Shown here one piece after another: positions 13,488-25,830 of a stretch of 64,000 nucleotides of DNA. The notes under the pieces are model-generated. The model did not search any database and was not told the origin of the DNA. It saw only the letters and a program-made list of their open reading frames with translations. The translations under genes and the position numbers were made by a program. The stretch's first letter is position 1. Every line of letters starts with the position of its first letter. The stretch lies in assembly GCF_039654945.1 (NCBI RefSeq), contig NW_027362050.1, positions 1,984,001-2,048,000 on the forward strand, written 5' to 3'. Origin of the DNA: Dendrobates tinctorius (taxonomy: Eukaryota).

Positions 13488-13585
13488 TTGAAGGCATCGA
13501 GAGCGCGAGCAGATGCCGTGTACTGAGTGAGAAACAGTTGAACGTCCGAAGACGACCAGTTACAAGCTTTACAAGGTTCTATAAA
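13488..13585 (-). CDS. FIBP: FIBP coding exon 9
   Basis: FIEPCKACNWSSSDVQLFLTQYTASARALDAF(K); ccag| ... |gtgagt; 98 nt. Confidence 0.93.
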
Positions 13586-14210
13586 CTGGAAGAGAAATAA
13601 AAAAAAGAAAACGGCATCTGTTACTTATTACATTGCCCCGTCAATAACACCTACCCATCCTAATAAAAGACCCATCCAAATTCAATGTGGGACTATGATT
13701 TAATCGCTCTTATGGTGACCAAAAAAGATTTAGTTTCGACCCAAAAAGAAACCATCACTGATAGTATCTGAAGGGATGTGGGCGCCCTCCTATCACTACA
13801 AGCGGCAGGTGCTTCTATAGTCTGATGGTGATGGCACTGCACACACATCCGTGCTGTATAGAATCTCTGTGAATAATGGAAAGAACAATACATGGAGTTG
13901 AGAAAAAACATTTGCATGATCGTGGTTCAGTGGTCCCATCAGTAGTCTGTGGCCACCAGAACAAAGAACGGCTAACCTCGTACTAGTTGCAGCATTATGT
14001 ATTGTGCCGAAACGGAATGAAGTCACAGCAGCCCACTAATCAAAATATATCGTACATAGGAGGCTCGCAGTACTCTAGTGTGGGGGCCACGCAATACCAA
14101 AATGTCTGCTGAACCAGGGTCTGCAAATATTTTTGCTCAACTCTAGTTATAAGGAATATTATTGAGCATTTCTGCGTAAGAAGGACTTGTCGGCATCGTT
14201 GTATTGCCAG

Positions 14211-14465
14211 TAGTGATGAGCAAGCGTGCTCGGATATGGTGTTATCTGAGCATGCTTGTGTGCCAACAGTGTCTTCGATGTGCTCGAATAATATGTTTGA
14301 GTCACCTCGGCTGCATGTCTCCCGGCTGTTCGACAGCCGCAACACATGCAAGTATTACCTGTTTATAAGGCAATCCCTGCAAGTGTTGCGGTCGTTCAAC
14401 AGCCACGAGATATACAGGCACGGGGACTAGAATATAGTATTCGAGCACGCCAAAGACAGCCCATT
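14211..14465. mobile_element. Partial copy of TAGTGATGAG hAT MITE
   Basis: Starts tagtgatgagcaagc; interior resembles 10448-10795; right TIR missing. Confidence 0.55.
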
Positions 14466-14759
14466 TCACAAGTCCGATTCTCTCGTACATGTTCCATGTT
14501 TTTTCATGTGTGTTACATGCATCTATTATAGTCTATGAGGAAGCCTCCATTTACTATGTTGTTTGATGCTGACCAATCAAAAAAAAAAATTAAAAGGTCA
14601 TGTCTGTTTTTCATCCTGGCCCCACACAGCAAACTCACCCATGATGGTAAAAACACTGATGAAAGCTACTCAGTTTTTCATATTAAAAAAAAGGACGCGT
14701 GAAACCGATCTAATTGATACAGAAGTCAACTAAACAGTTAGCCATCTTTACTTGAATAC

Positions 14760-14846
14760 CTTTTCCACAAGATCGATGAAGAAATCCCGCAAGTCTTTGT
14801 TATGGGTAAGGCTTGTTCCGATATTCACCAAGGCCCTAGAGAGCAT
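14760..14846 (-). CDS. FIBP: FIBP coding exon 8
   Basis: MLSRALVNIGTSLTHNKDLRDFFIDLVEK; acag| ... |gtattc; 87 nt. Confidence 0.95.
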
Positions 14847-14931
14847 CTGTAAGGAGGTAATGATGTCTGTGAGCTCATATACAAGCGCAGGGTCATACAT
14901 TTGTGCCATATAAAGATAACATAGGACAAAC

Positions 14932-14995
14932 CTTAAAATTTGCTTCCATCTCTTGGAACACTGCGATTTTTCCTCTAAGTGACGTACAGACCAAG
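14932..14995 (-). CDS. FIBP: FIBP coding exon 7
   Basis: (S)LVCTSLRGKIAVFQEMEANFK; ctag| ... |gtttgt; 64 nt. Confidence 0.94.
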
Positions 14996-15600
14996 CTAGA
15001 AAAAGAAAAAACGCAACCGCTTGTCTAAAATAGCCTGATGCTAAGAAGTCACTGCAATGGATAAGAACATAGTTCTGAAACTCGTTTGCGACTTTTATCT
15101 CCTGCATGATTTATTTCGAGTTGTTTTACTGATCTACAATAAAGAAGATGCATTTTAGCAAGGTAAGAACCCGACTGCTGGATGTTATCGTTTCCTACAG
15201 TTCGATTTGATCACGCTTCTGTCACAGACCGTAGGAATCAAAGGGTTAACCGCCAGGATCAGAGCCTTCTCCAATCCAAGATGTAGCGCAGAACTGTAGT
15301 AAAAGTTTATTTTGTCAGAGCGCAAATGCTCAGTGAGATGTTAACTCCCCCTCTTTCAGTGACGCCAAAAGATGCCACTACAAATGGAGGATCAGCATCA
15401 TCCGCCATCAGCTATTGTGTTTTCTCGTCCATTATTTTGAGTCCCATCAATGATGCAGCGCCTGAAGGTACAATAACTCTGCAAAACATTTTGGAAGCAG
15501 TTCAGTGTGAGGACAGCCGTCAGCTCTGCAGACAGCAGTGTTAATCACTATGAGAAGCTATGAAGGACCAGAACTATTGTACCAGCAGATCAATTTTAAC

Positions 15601-15868
15601 TAGTGATGAGCGAGTGTACTGGGATAAGGTGTTATCTGAGCATGCTCGAGTGCTAACAGAGTGTCTTCAGTGTGCTGAAATAATATGTTCGAGTCCCCGC
15701 AGCTGCATGTCTCACGGTTCTTTGTTGGGCAATCCCTGCATGTGTTGCGGCTGTCAAGACATGCAGCTGCAGGGACCAGAACATATTTTTCGAGCATGCC
15801 AAAGACACTCGGTTAGCACCTGAGCATGCTCAGATAACACTTTATCCGAACATGTTCGCTCATCACTA
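15601..15868. mobile_element. hAT-type MITE
   Basis: TIRs tagtgatgagcg/cgctcatcacta; 8-bp TSD attttaac/attgtaac (7 of 8 match). Confidence 0.85.
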
Positions 15869-15946
15869 ATTGTAACCCATCAGTCCTGCTGAAGGATGAC
15901 AGGCCATATGTATTCATCTCAAAAAGAACAGGTTCACATTTCTCAC

Positions 15947-16052
15947 CTCTTATGTTGGTCGAGAAGGTCTTTATCTGTTATCAGAATTTTCAGTTCTTTC
16001 AGATCTTGTAGAAACTCTTTATCCAAATCCATGTCCATGTCATCTGCTACAT
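15947..16052 (-). CDS. FIBP: FIBP coding exon 6
   Basis: (D)[34 protein letters not shown](S); ctgcag| ... |gtgaga; 106 nt. Confidence 0.93.
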
Positions 16053-16326
16053 CTGCAGGAAACAGTCTTGGAAGTAAGAACTGCCACGTGAATGAGGCCT
16101 TGTCCAATTGTAGTGGATACTATATTTTTTTCCTCCCCTATAAGTCCATTCTCCTCCTCATTGCTGAAAGGATGAATGGACGTCATCTTCCTGACTAATA
16201 GAGGACGGTCCCACCTGCAGGACTCTTCTCTGACATCCAAATGGCATATACAGGCAGGGCTTGTCCTCTCTGAGATAAGCGCATTAAAATTGACATTCTT
16301 CCCACTCATGTGCCCGGTTTACTCAC

Positions 16327-16460
16327 CCATTGCTCCTAAAGTCCAGTTCTGGATAAGATGCTCTGCACATGTTGCAAAATCCTCAAACGTCAAGTACTGG
16401 AGCTTTCTCTTGCCCGTTTCAAAGCGACTGTTTGCAAAAAAAACTATTGCAGCGTAATCT
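16327..16460 (-). CDS. FIBP: FIBP coding exon 5
   Basis: (R)[44 protein letters not shown]; tttag| ... |gtgagt; 134 nt. Confidence 0.95.
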
Positions 16461-17963
16461 CTAAAATGCAAACACAGAATATTTGTTTACAAAATATGAA
16501 ATAATCTCTCTTTTTTTTTTTATTTGGACCAAAGTCGGTATAAAAAAAAAAAAAAAAAAAGGGGGAATGCACAAGATTAGGAAAACATGTCTGCAGTTCC
16601 CAGATTGTACGGGGAATTTCAGGTGTTCATATTTATTTTTTTGCTGTATTTTTATAATTTTCATAGATCAGACATTTACAGATGTGACAATAGCAAATTA
16701 CTACTTTTTTATTTTATTTGGACTGGAAAAAGGAGCGGAGTGGATGGGGTAAAACGTTTCATATATATTAAATATATGTAAAAAAAAAATAAATAAATTA
16801 GGTTAGGCTTCATTTATATTTTTTTTTGCCTCCCTAGACAACTTTAACCTGCGATTATCTGATCACTTAGGTTATTTTCGCACGTTGCATTTTTGCTGCA
16901 TATTACAGTATCAGCAAAGTCTGAGATTTCAGAAGCCTCATGCACACACATTGTTTTTTTTTCCTGACTGATTTGGAAAACTGCAGCCTGTCACTTCTCT
17001 CAGCGTTTTGTATGCGTATTTGCACCAATTTCTTAATCGCCTCATTGGGGGACACAGAATACCATGGGTGTATGCTGCTGCTGCTGCTAGGAGGCTGACA
17101 CTATGCAAAACAAGAAAATTAGCTCCTCCCTGGCAGTATACACCCACCGACAGGCACCAAGTACCTCAGTTTGTGCTTAGTGTCTGTAGGAGGCGGACCG
17201 GGATCTCCCCAGATCCGCGTTTAACTTCCTTTTTTCCTTTTCAGGGTTTTGTTGTGTGTATTAATGTTTTCCATTTATTTTTCAAATTCAGCATCGGGAA
17301 ACCGGGTGTAAGTTCATCCTGCTTTCCCATATCAGGCGGCTGATCGAGCAGTGTGGTACTGCCCACATCGCAACTCTCAGGACCGCAGGCAGGACCTTTC
17401 CCCTATCACCCTCGGGTGCTAGGGCTGATGACAGGTGGCGTTCTAGCCGAGTCCCCTCCTCACCCCTCTCCCGGGACAGAGCTGAGAGGAAGACGGCGGT
17501 CACCAGCGGTGACGTTTCCCTTCCTAACAAGAGATTGGCGCCGTCTTCTGCACCATGCGGACATGGTGCGGGTACAGAGGATTCTCTCTCCCAGCGGCCT
17601 GCTCTCTACTCGTGGGCCCCTGTGGTCATCCTCTTCAGGGACATCAGGTAAGCTGTATGAATGTCCCCGCCAGCCCCGCATTCAAGCATGGACCAAATCT
17701 GAATCCCTGCAGCGTCCATAGGCGCCTCTAGTAGTCCCCCCCCCCGCATTCATTCCACTGGAAGCTATCATGGTCGGCGCATCGGGTACATCACCTCTGC
17801 CCGTTTGAATTTCCCGCCCCTTTTGCCTCAGACGCACGCCTCTCTCTCTCCATCGCTTCACTGGGGGGGGGGGGTTCAGCGGTGGTCCCGGTGTCTTTAT
17901 TAGCTCTGCGGCCTCGCGGGCCCCGGGTGCGTCGCCGGTTATTGGACTTGGGTAGGAGACGCG

Positions 17964-19704
17964 GTGTTCACTTCCTTTTTTAGCCCATCACAGGGCTGCT
18001 TTCTCCTTGGCGCCGTCAGGCTTTTCCTCCTAACCGAGCCTCCTCGGGCCTTCATCCAAACACGCAGCGCTGCCGCTAAGCCCCGCCCACCACTATCGGT
18101 AACCTGGCGTTCGGCAGATATCGCTCTCTCCCTTCTATGGATCTCTGCTTGGGGGACACAGCGGCGTCCTGCTGCACATCTGAACCTCGGTAGGCCCTGC
18201 TATTTTCCTGAGGCCACTATTAGCTCCCTGTGGCAGTTCCTTATCAGATTCTTGCGCACATACTGCCTCAGAGTACACATATGCCCAACCCTGCAAGGGC
18301 GCTCTATTCCAGACCCACCGCTATTCACTACGCCTGTGCGCGCTGTAAAAAGAAGTGGGCATCAGGTCAGTCGTCTCCCTTCTGTCCGTCCTGCAGCCCT
18401 TATATTATGTCTGCCCCTCAGGAGCACTCCGAACCCAGTAATGAGAGCACTCCCCCTCTCCCAGAGTGGGCCCGTTGCTATGTCTCAGTCGGTCTCTGAC
18501 CTGACTAAAGTTTCTCAGTCCCTGGTCCAGGTCTTAGAACGTTTACCTCAGCTATCTATTGCCACCTGTGCGCCGACCGCCTCTCACGGTGAGTCGCCCG
18601 CACCTGACCACGACCTTCAGACGGATAGATCGAGTAGGAGTTCAAGGAAGCGGGCTCTGGCTGGCTCTTCGTCCAGCTCACAAGGTCCTTCCGCTTCTCC
18701 CAGGCTACGTTCCTCGTCTCCTTCATCAGAAGACGACCTTAGGTCAGACGATGATTCCCAATCGGGATCTGACTCAGAGGCAGACAACATGTCTAAAACA
18801 CGAGACATGGTTGATAGTCTCATATCGGCTATTTTCCAAACCCTCAAAATAAAACAGGAAAAAGCACCGCTTCAGGAATGCTCTGTTTCCTTTAAGCGAG
18901 CGAATCCTCCCTCTCGAACACGTTTTTCAGGTCGCAAGTACTTGGATGTGCTATATCCTTTCGATGAGGATCTACTCACAAAATGGACTAAAGCTCCCGA
19001 AGTAGATCCACCAGTTTCCCGTCTCTCCTCTAAGACGGTTCTATCCCTTCTGGACGGGGCTTCACTTAAAGATCCAACAAACAGACAAATAGAATCACTG
19101 GCGAAATCAATTTTTGAGGCATCTGGCACCTCTCTGTCCTATTTTCGCCTCCGCCTAGGTGGCGAAAGTCATTTCAGCTTGGGCCAAAATTCTTCGCAAG
19201 GGTATCTTAGCTGCAGTCCCACAGGATGAGCTGGCAGATCTAGCAGACCAAATTAATCATGCGGGTAAATATCTTTTGGCCGCCTCCTTGGACGCGGCCG
19301 GGTACGTCGCAAGAGCTAACAGCAACATAGTAGCCATACGCCGCATCCTTTGGTTGAAGTCATGTAGTGTGGACACTACTTCTAAGAAGTCGCTCACCAA
19401 TCTGGCATTTCACGGCTCTAGGCTCTTTGGCACCAAGCTGGATCAGATTATTTCGGATGCCACTGGTGGTAAAAGTACCTCCCTTCCTCAGTCCCGGCCT
19501 AGAAGGTTTTTCAACAGGAAAGCTTCTCGGCCGTTTAGGTCCTTTAGCCCCTTCTCTTCCACAGAAGGTTCATCCCAGCAGGACCGGCCCTCCGCTTCCA
19601 GAGACTGGAGAAAACCATCATATAAACCCGCTCCCTGCTGGAGATCAAGAGGTCAGCCCTCAAGGTCTTTAGGCTCCCAGTCCGGCAGATTTTCATCCAA
19701 GTGA
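17964..19704 (+). pseudogene. DIRS copy 1 gag-like ORF (frameshifted near 19140)
   Basis: ORFs 17964-19229 and 19159-19704 align with the copy-2 gag (MSQSVSDLTKVSQSLVQVLERLP; WTKAPEVDPPVSRLS; DQIISDATGGKSTSLPQ). Confidence 0.85.
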
Positions 19705-21600
19705 CGGGTCACCCCCACCTGGAAATTCTTCCAGGGTGGGAGGCAGACTTTCCTCTTTCAGGGACGCATGGCTATCCGTGGTCGACGACGCTTGGGTCAG
19801 GGAAATTATCGTATCCGGTTACAAGATCGAATTTTCCTCCCCCCCAAACAGATGCTTCTTTCTGTCTCATCCCCCAAGACAGCGGTCCCAGATTCCAGGG
19901 TTCCTTCAGGCCGTCTCCTCCCTTCTTTCCGCCGGAGTTATCGTTCCCGTTCCTTCAAACGAACGGTTTTCAGGTTTTTACTCGAATCTCTTCCTAGTCC
20001 CGAAAAAAGACGGCTCCCTTGGACCTCAAGTTGCTCAATTGCCACGTGAGAATCCTCCACTTCAAAATGGAGTCCCTGCGCTCAGTGATAGCCTCAATGG
20101 AACCCGGAGAGTTCCTTTGCTCTGTGGACATTCAGGATGCCTATCTTCACATTCCTGTTTGTTTGCAACATCAAAGATTCCTCCGCTTCGCGATTCAGGA
20201 AAATCACTATCAGTTCACGGCCCTTCCTTTCGGCCTAGCCTTCGCTCCCCGGGTTTTCACGAAGGTGATGGTGACAGTCATGGCCATCCTTCGCTCCAGG
20301 GGGATCCTCATCATCCCTTATCTGGACGATCTCTTGATCAAGGGCTCGTCTCGCCAAGACTGCATGCAAAGTCTTCAGATAACCCTGGATACTCTCGACC
20401 GCCTTGGATGGATAGTCAACAAAGAGAAGTCCATCCTGCTCCCTACTCAGCGTCTGACCTTTTTGGGCATGGAATTCGACACGAATCTAGCCCGGGTGTT
20501 TCTACCGAGGGACAAAGTTTCAGCCCTTTGCAAGGGAATCCGATCTCTGAAACGCTCAAGGCCCATTCCCCTTTGGTCCTGCATGAGGACCCTGGGGAAG
20601 ATGATAGCCTCTATGGAAGCAGTGCCTTACGCACAATTTCACACTCGCCCTCTCCAGCTGTCCCTCCTTTCAACCTGGGACAAGACCTCTGCATCTCTGG
20701 ATCGCCCCATTCTCCTGCCTCTCAGAGTAAGGCAGTCCCTGACTTGGTGGACATTACCGATGTCAGTTCTCCAGGGAAGGTCCTTTCTACCGCCTCAGTG
20801 GCAAGTCATCACCACCGATGCTAGTCTCCTAGGATGGGGGGCGGTTTTCCATCGGAAAACGGCCCAAGGGCGCTGGGACGCCCAGGAGTCTCTGCTTCCC
20901 ATCAACCTTCTGGAGATCAGAGAGATCTTCCTTGCTCTACTCTGCTGGCTGCCTCTTCTCGTGGGCAAACCAGTCCGCATTCAATCGGACAACGCCACGG
21001 CCGTGGCGTACATAAACCATCAGGGCGGTACTCACAGCAGGCAAGTAATGACAGAAGTGGCGAAGATTCTGCGTTGGGCAGAGCATTATGTTCCGGCGAT
21101 CTCCGCCGTCCACATTCCAGGGGGTGGAAAATTGGGCAGCCGATTTTCTAAGTCGCCAGGGCCTAGCGTCAGGCGAGTGGTCCCTTCACCCCACAGTCTT
21201 CACTCAGATTTGCCAGTGTTGGGGCACCCCGGACGTCGACCTCATGGCATCGCGGATGAATCACAAAGTTCCTTGCTTCGTAGCCAGGTCCAGGGACCCT
21301 CTAGCCGTCGGTTGTGACGCCCTAGTAATTCCGTGGTCTCAGTTCCAATTCCCTTACCTGTTCCTGCCCCTTGCCTTGATCCCAAGGGTGGTCAAGAAGA
21401 TAAAATCAGAGGGCATCCCAGTAATTCTAGTGGCTCCAGACTGGCCAAGACAACCTTGGTACGCGGAACTGGTGAACATGCTCGCGGACGTCCCCTGGAG
21501 GCTTCCAGATCGTCCAGATCTTCTCTCTCAAGGCCCTCTTTTCCACCAGAATTCTCAGTCTCTAAGTTTAACGGCATGGCCGTTGAGGCCGCGATTCTGA
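19701..21600 (+). pseudogene. DIRS copy 1 reverse transcriptase/RNase H plus methyltransferase-like domain (frameshifts near 20019 and 21121)
   Basis: GFYSNLFLVPKKDG, DIQDAYLH, ALPFGL, PYLDD (RT); TTDASLLGWG, INLLE, SDNATAVAYINHQGG (RNase H); DVDLMASRMNHK...PYLFLP (MT-like). Confidence 0.92.
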
Positions 21601-22687
21601 GAGACTCAGGTTTTTCCAGCCAGGTTATCCAGACCATGATTAGAGCTAGGAAACCAGCCTCCTCTCGCATTTACCTTCGGTACAGGAAGGCTTTTTTCTG
21701 TTGGTGCGATGACAATAATGTTTTTCCTTTGTCTTTCTCCATTCCATCCATTCTTGGCTTCCTCCAGTCCGGCTTAGATGCGGGCCTGTCCCTCAGTACC
21801 CTCAAGGGCCAGGTATCAGCTCTGTCGATCGTTTTCCAGAGGGATCTGGCCCCCTTGCCGCAATTTAAAACCTTTCCATCGGCTCTGTCGATCCTTTTCA
21901 AGAGGGATCTGGCCCCCTTGCCGCAAGTTAAAACCTTTCTCCAGGGAGTCGCCCACGTGGCGCCTTCTCATCATTCTCCGATAGATCCGTGGGACCTCAA
22001 TCTCGTTCTTGGCGCTCTTTAAAAGGCGCCGTTCGAGCCTATTCAGGACATCCCTCTGTCCCTTCTCTCATGGAAGGTAACCTTTCTGATCGCCATTACA
22101 TCCATTAGGAGAGTTTCTGAGCTGGCGGCTCTGTCCTGTCGTTCCCCGTACCTAATCCTCCATCAGGATAAGGTCGTTCTCAGGCCAGTTCCTTCCTTCC
22201 TTCCAAAGGCGGTATCCCCTTTCCACATTAATGAGGATATTGTACTTCCTTCTTTTTGTCCTGCGCCGGTCCACCGTCTGGAAAAGTCGCTCCACAACCT
22301 GGATGTAGTGAGAGCCTTGCAGGTCTACCTTGCCAGGACTGCTTCGTTTCGTCAATCCGACTCCCTGCTTGTCATCTCTGAAGGTCGCCGAAAAGGGCTT
22401 CCGGCATCCAAATCCACAATTGCTCGCTGGATTCGTTCTACCATTCTGGAAGCTTACCGCCTTCAGGAGAAACTGCCCCCCCGGGAGTGAGAGCCCACTC
22501 CACCCGGGCTGTAGGGGCTTCTTGGGCGGTTCAACACCAGGCTTCGGCTTTACAAGTTTGCAGAGCCGCGATCTGGTCGTCTTTGCACACGTTTGCGAGG
22601 TTCTACAGGGTTCATACCCAGGCCTCGTCTGATGCAGCTCTTGGTAGGAAGGTGCTGCAGGCGGCGGTAGCTCGTCGGCCGACCTAA
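21576..22687 (+). pseudogene. DIRS copy 1 tyrosine recombinase (premature stop 22020-22022, frameshift near 22480)
   Basis: STLKGQVSALS, PWDLNLVL, RRVSELAAL, RAHSTRAVGASWA...WSSLHTFARFY: the R...HxxR...W...Y signature. Confidence 0.9.
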
Positions 22688-23967
22688 GCCCTTCCTTCTC
22701 GTTCCTTATTGCTGTTCCCACCCTCGGGACTGCTTTGGAACGTCCCATGGTAATCTGTGTCCCCCAATGAGGCGATAAAGAAAGAGGGATTTTTGGGTTC
22801 TTACTGTAAAATCTCTTTCTTGGAGCCTTCATTGGGGGGACACAGCACCCTCCGTGTTTAAGTTGTACCGTGTTGGGTCTTCGAGTCCCTTGTTGGGTTG
22901 GTACATATTTTGAGAGTTTTGGTTGCTTTTCCTACTGCTTTCTCACCAACTGAAGTACTTGGTGCCTGTCGGTGGGTGTATACTGCTGGGGAGGAGCTAA
23001 TTTTCTTGTTTTGCATAGTGTCAGCCTACTAGCAGCAGCAGCATACACTCATAGTAATCTGTGTCCCCCAATGAAGGCTCCAAGAAAGAGATTTTACGGC
23101 AAGAACCCAAAAATCCTTCTTTTTCACCCATAAGAAACAATGGGTAAGTGCAAAAACACAGCAAAAAAATGCAGCAATCATTTTTTGCTGAAAAAACCTA
23201 AGGAAGTTAAATTAGGCTTTTTTGGTGGGCGTTAAACTTTATCCACAGACAGTAAAAAAGCAGCACAAAAACGCAGGAAAAACTCAGCAAAACCTGCTTT
23301 TCATAAGCCGCTTCTTTACTGCCAAGAGAGCAGGTTTGGCCTGCAGAAAAAAATGCAGCAAAAATGCAATATGTGAACATAGCTTAATACTACAGTATAT
23401 ACTGTAGCACATTAGTATGGTAGTATATGGTAAAACATGATGCTACTCACTCATGGAAGCCCAAAGATGGTGGGAAAGGTTGCCCACAGCTGTCAAGGTA
23501 ACCCATCGGCTCACTGTGGGTGCTCAAATCGATTGCAACCATTCAGAAAGAAATTGACAGCAGCAATCAGAGCTAGAAGCTGGTGCAAGCTGTGTAGCTC
23601 CTGTCCTGTTTGGAGTGAGTTTAGCCTTCAAGTCACTGTTCGGTCACATTCAGACATTTGTTCCAATGCATGGAATGGCCGGTGACTCTCCCCACCCCTG
23701 CACGACGGCCTCATAGAAATACATGAAGTTGTCACGCTTGGTCAGGAGACCGCCGGCTAGTCCTCACACTTAAGTCTGATCTCTGACGAATTTACAAATG
23801 TCTGAATTCGCCCTTCACTGCAGACCAGCCGACAGGCTTCGTTTGCAGGACACAAAGCTATTTTGGACTTTTTTTTCATAGGAATGAACTAGAATTTTAC
23901 AGTCACTGAGCAATGGAATATATCACTTCTTATTAACGCACAGAACATGTAAGGTTGGATGACCTAC

Positions 23968-24068
23968 CTGGCGAGTTTGTCTGACAAAAGGAAATTCTGC
24001 TGAATATTTTCCACGAGAGCACCTCTCATTTCTTCTACTACCTTAAAGACTCGCTTAAAATTGTCAAA
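23968..24068 (-). CDS. FIBP: FIBP coding exon 4
   Basis: [33 protein letters not shown](R); ttcag| ... |gtaggt; 101 nt. Confidence 0.96.
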
Positions 24069-24175
24069 CTGAAAAGAAAATTTATTTATATATATACACA
24101 AACACACACTCAAAACAATACATGTAAATGAGAGGATGCAAGGTGACAGGACTGGGAAATAGAGTAGTCAGATAC

Positions 24176-24302
24176 CTGTCTCCTGCAGCTCTTCAGGGTC
24201 ACCCCAGTCTTCGCACTTATATCATCCAGATCTTTCTTGGTTCCTTTAGAGAGTTTCTTTCCAAGAACTTCCCGCACAAAAGCTTCATCAAAAGCATAGT
24301 AC
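24176..24302 (-). CDS. FIBP: FIBP coding exon 3
   Basis: (R)[42 protein letters not shown]; ctag| ... |gtatct; 127 nt. Confidence 0.96.
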
Positions 24303-24507
24303 CTAGAGCAAGACAGGCCTTAAAGGGATTGTCTGGACAGGTGATATTGATGATGCATCCCCAGCTTAGGTCACTAGTGTCCGAACAATGGGGGTCTGAC
24401 ACCCGGCACCCCACCGATCAGGGGGCTGTTAGCCCCAGAAGGATGTAAGTGTTCAGTATGTAGTGTCTGATGCCAGGAAGTACAAATAATCTTTTGTATA
24501 ATAAAAT

Positions 24508-24702
24508 AGCAGCTGATCCGCAGTGCAGACAGCAGCTGATTCGCAGTGCAGACAGCAGCTGATCCGCAGTGCAGACAGCAGCTGATGATCCGCAGTACAG
24601 ACAGCAGCTGATGATCCGCAGTACAGACAGCAGCTGATGATCCGCAGTACAGACAGCAGCTGATGATCCGCAGTACAGACAGCAGCTGATGATCCGCAGT
24701 AC
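24508..24702. repeat. 23/26-bp tandem repeat (left half)
   Basis: Unit gatgatccgcagtacagacagcagct. Confidence 0.92.
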
Positions 24703-24862
24703 AAAATAGAAAAAACACGGCACTCAGTGTGGAGGGAGGTGCACAAGTCGGGTATCCAGCCAACTAACAATGTAGTACAAAAACTTGGCACTCAAAAGAA
24801 AAATTGATTTGACAGTTCCTTTATTGTAAAAGGCATCCAGTTAAATATACTTCTTTTACTTC

Positions 24863-24902
24863 TTTAAACGTTTTCGGTCATAAAATTGACCTTCATCAGA
24901 AA
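24863..24902 (-). ncRNA. Minimal hammerhead-ribozyme motif (FIBP-sense)
   Basis: TTT CTGATGA A GGTCA ATTTTA TGACC GAAA ACGTTT AAA: 5-bp stem II and palindromic stem III. Confidence 0.75.
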
Positions 24903-25442
24903 CAGAATTTTTTCACAGTTGGTTTTAACTGAGAGGAACTGTAATGGACGCTGTCTCTCATACCAGCAGCACATGCATCCAGCCACAGACCAAGCGCTAT
25001 TCCTCTGCACCCTCAGTGCTTCTCCTGAACAGCGCGTTCACTCTCCCTGTGATACACTTGCCTCCCTGGGCAGGACAGGCCATTTGGAGAATCACAGCAC
25101 CCAGTTGTGGACATTCATGCCTGTCACAAACAATACAGGATAGTTTCCTGAATATATTACAGTACAAATTTCTGGACACCCACACCAATTATTGGATCTA
25201 CCGGTCCCTGTATAACCCAAGGTGTCAAACCCGTTGGTCTGGTGATTTCCTACATGAATGGTGTCCTTTCACCCTCAGTAGCTGCTGCTTCCCAGATGTC
25301 TGTTTCTCCACATTATTAATGAATATACCCAGTACTGAATAGTGCCTACTTATGACAGCGGTTCTTTAATAATAATAATAATAATATATGGAATTTTCCA
25401 TTACAGTTCCTCTCAGTTAAAACCAACTGTGAAAAAATTCTG

Positions 25443-25484
25443 TTTCTGATGAAGGTCAATTGTATGACCGAAAACGTTTAAAGA
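25443..25484 (+). ncRNA. Minimal hammerhead-ribozyme motif (inverted copy)
   Basis: TTT CTGATGA A GGTCA ATTGTA TGACC GAAA ACGTTT AAAG. Confidence 0.75.
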
Positions 25485-25575
25485 AGTAAAAGAAGTATAT
25501 TTAACTGAATGCTTTTTACAATAAAGGAACTGTCAAATCAATTTTTCTTTTGAGTGCCAAGTTTTTGTACTACAT

Positions 25576-25830
25576 TGATCCGCAGTACAGACAGCAGCTG
25601 ATGATCCGCAGTACAGACAGCAGCTGATGATCCGCAGTACAGACAGCAGCTGATGATCCGCAGTACAGACAGCAGCTGATGATCCACGGTACAGACAGCA
25701 GCAGATCCGCGGTACAGACAACAGCAGCAGATCCGCAGTACAAACAGCAGCTGTTCCACAGTACAGACAGCAGCTGATCCACAGTACAGACAGCAGCTGA
25801 TCCACAGTACAGACAGCAGCTGATCCACAG
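25576..25830. repeat. 23/26-bp tandem repeat (right half)
   Basis: Same unit and orientation as 24508-24702. Confidence 0.92.

Larger units (their letters stand above)
17029..23124 (+). mobile_element. DIRS1-type tyrosine-recombinase retrotransposon, full length but degenerate (copy 1)
   Basis: Starts TTTCTT. Inverted terminal repeats at about 17029-17170 and 22948-23124; internal complementary region at about 22745-22846 joining complements of both ends; gag, RT/RNaseH/MT and YR frames present. Appears inserted in an older MITE (about 16870-23385). Confidence 0.95.
24703..25575 (-). mobile_element. Penelope-like element remnant with about 180-bp inverted repeat, inserted in the minisatellite
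   Basis: 24769-24948 is the near-perfect reverse complement of 25397-25576. Each arm carries a hammerhead motif, and the same tandem repeat resumes on both sides. Confidence 0.75.
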
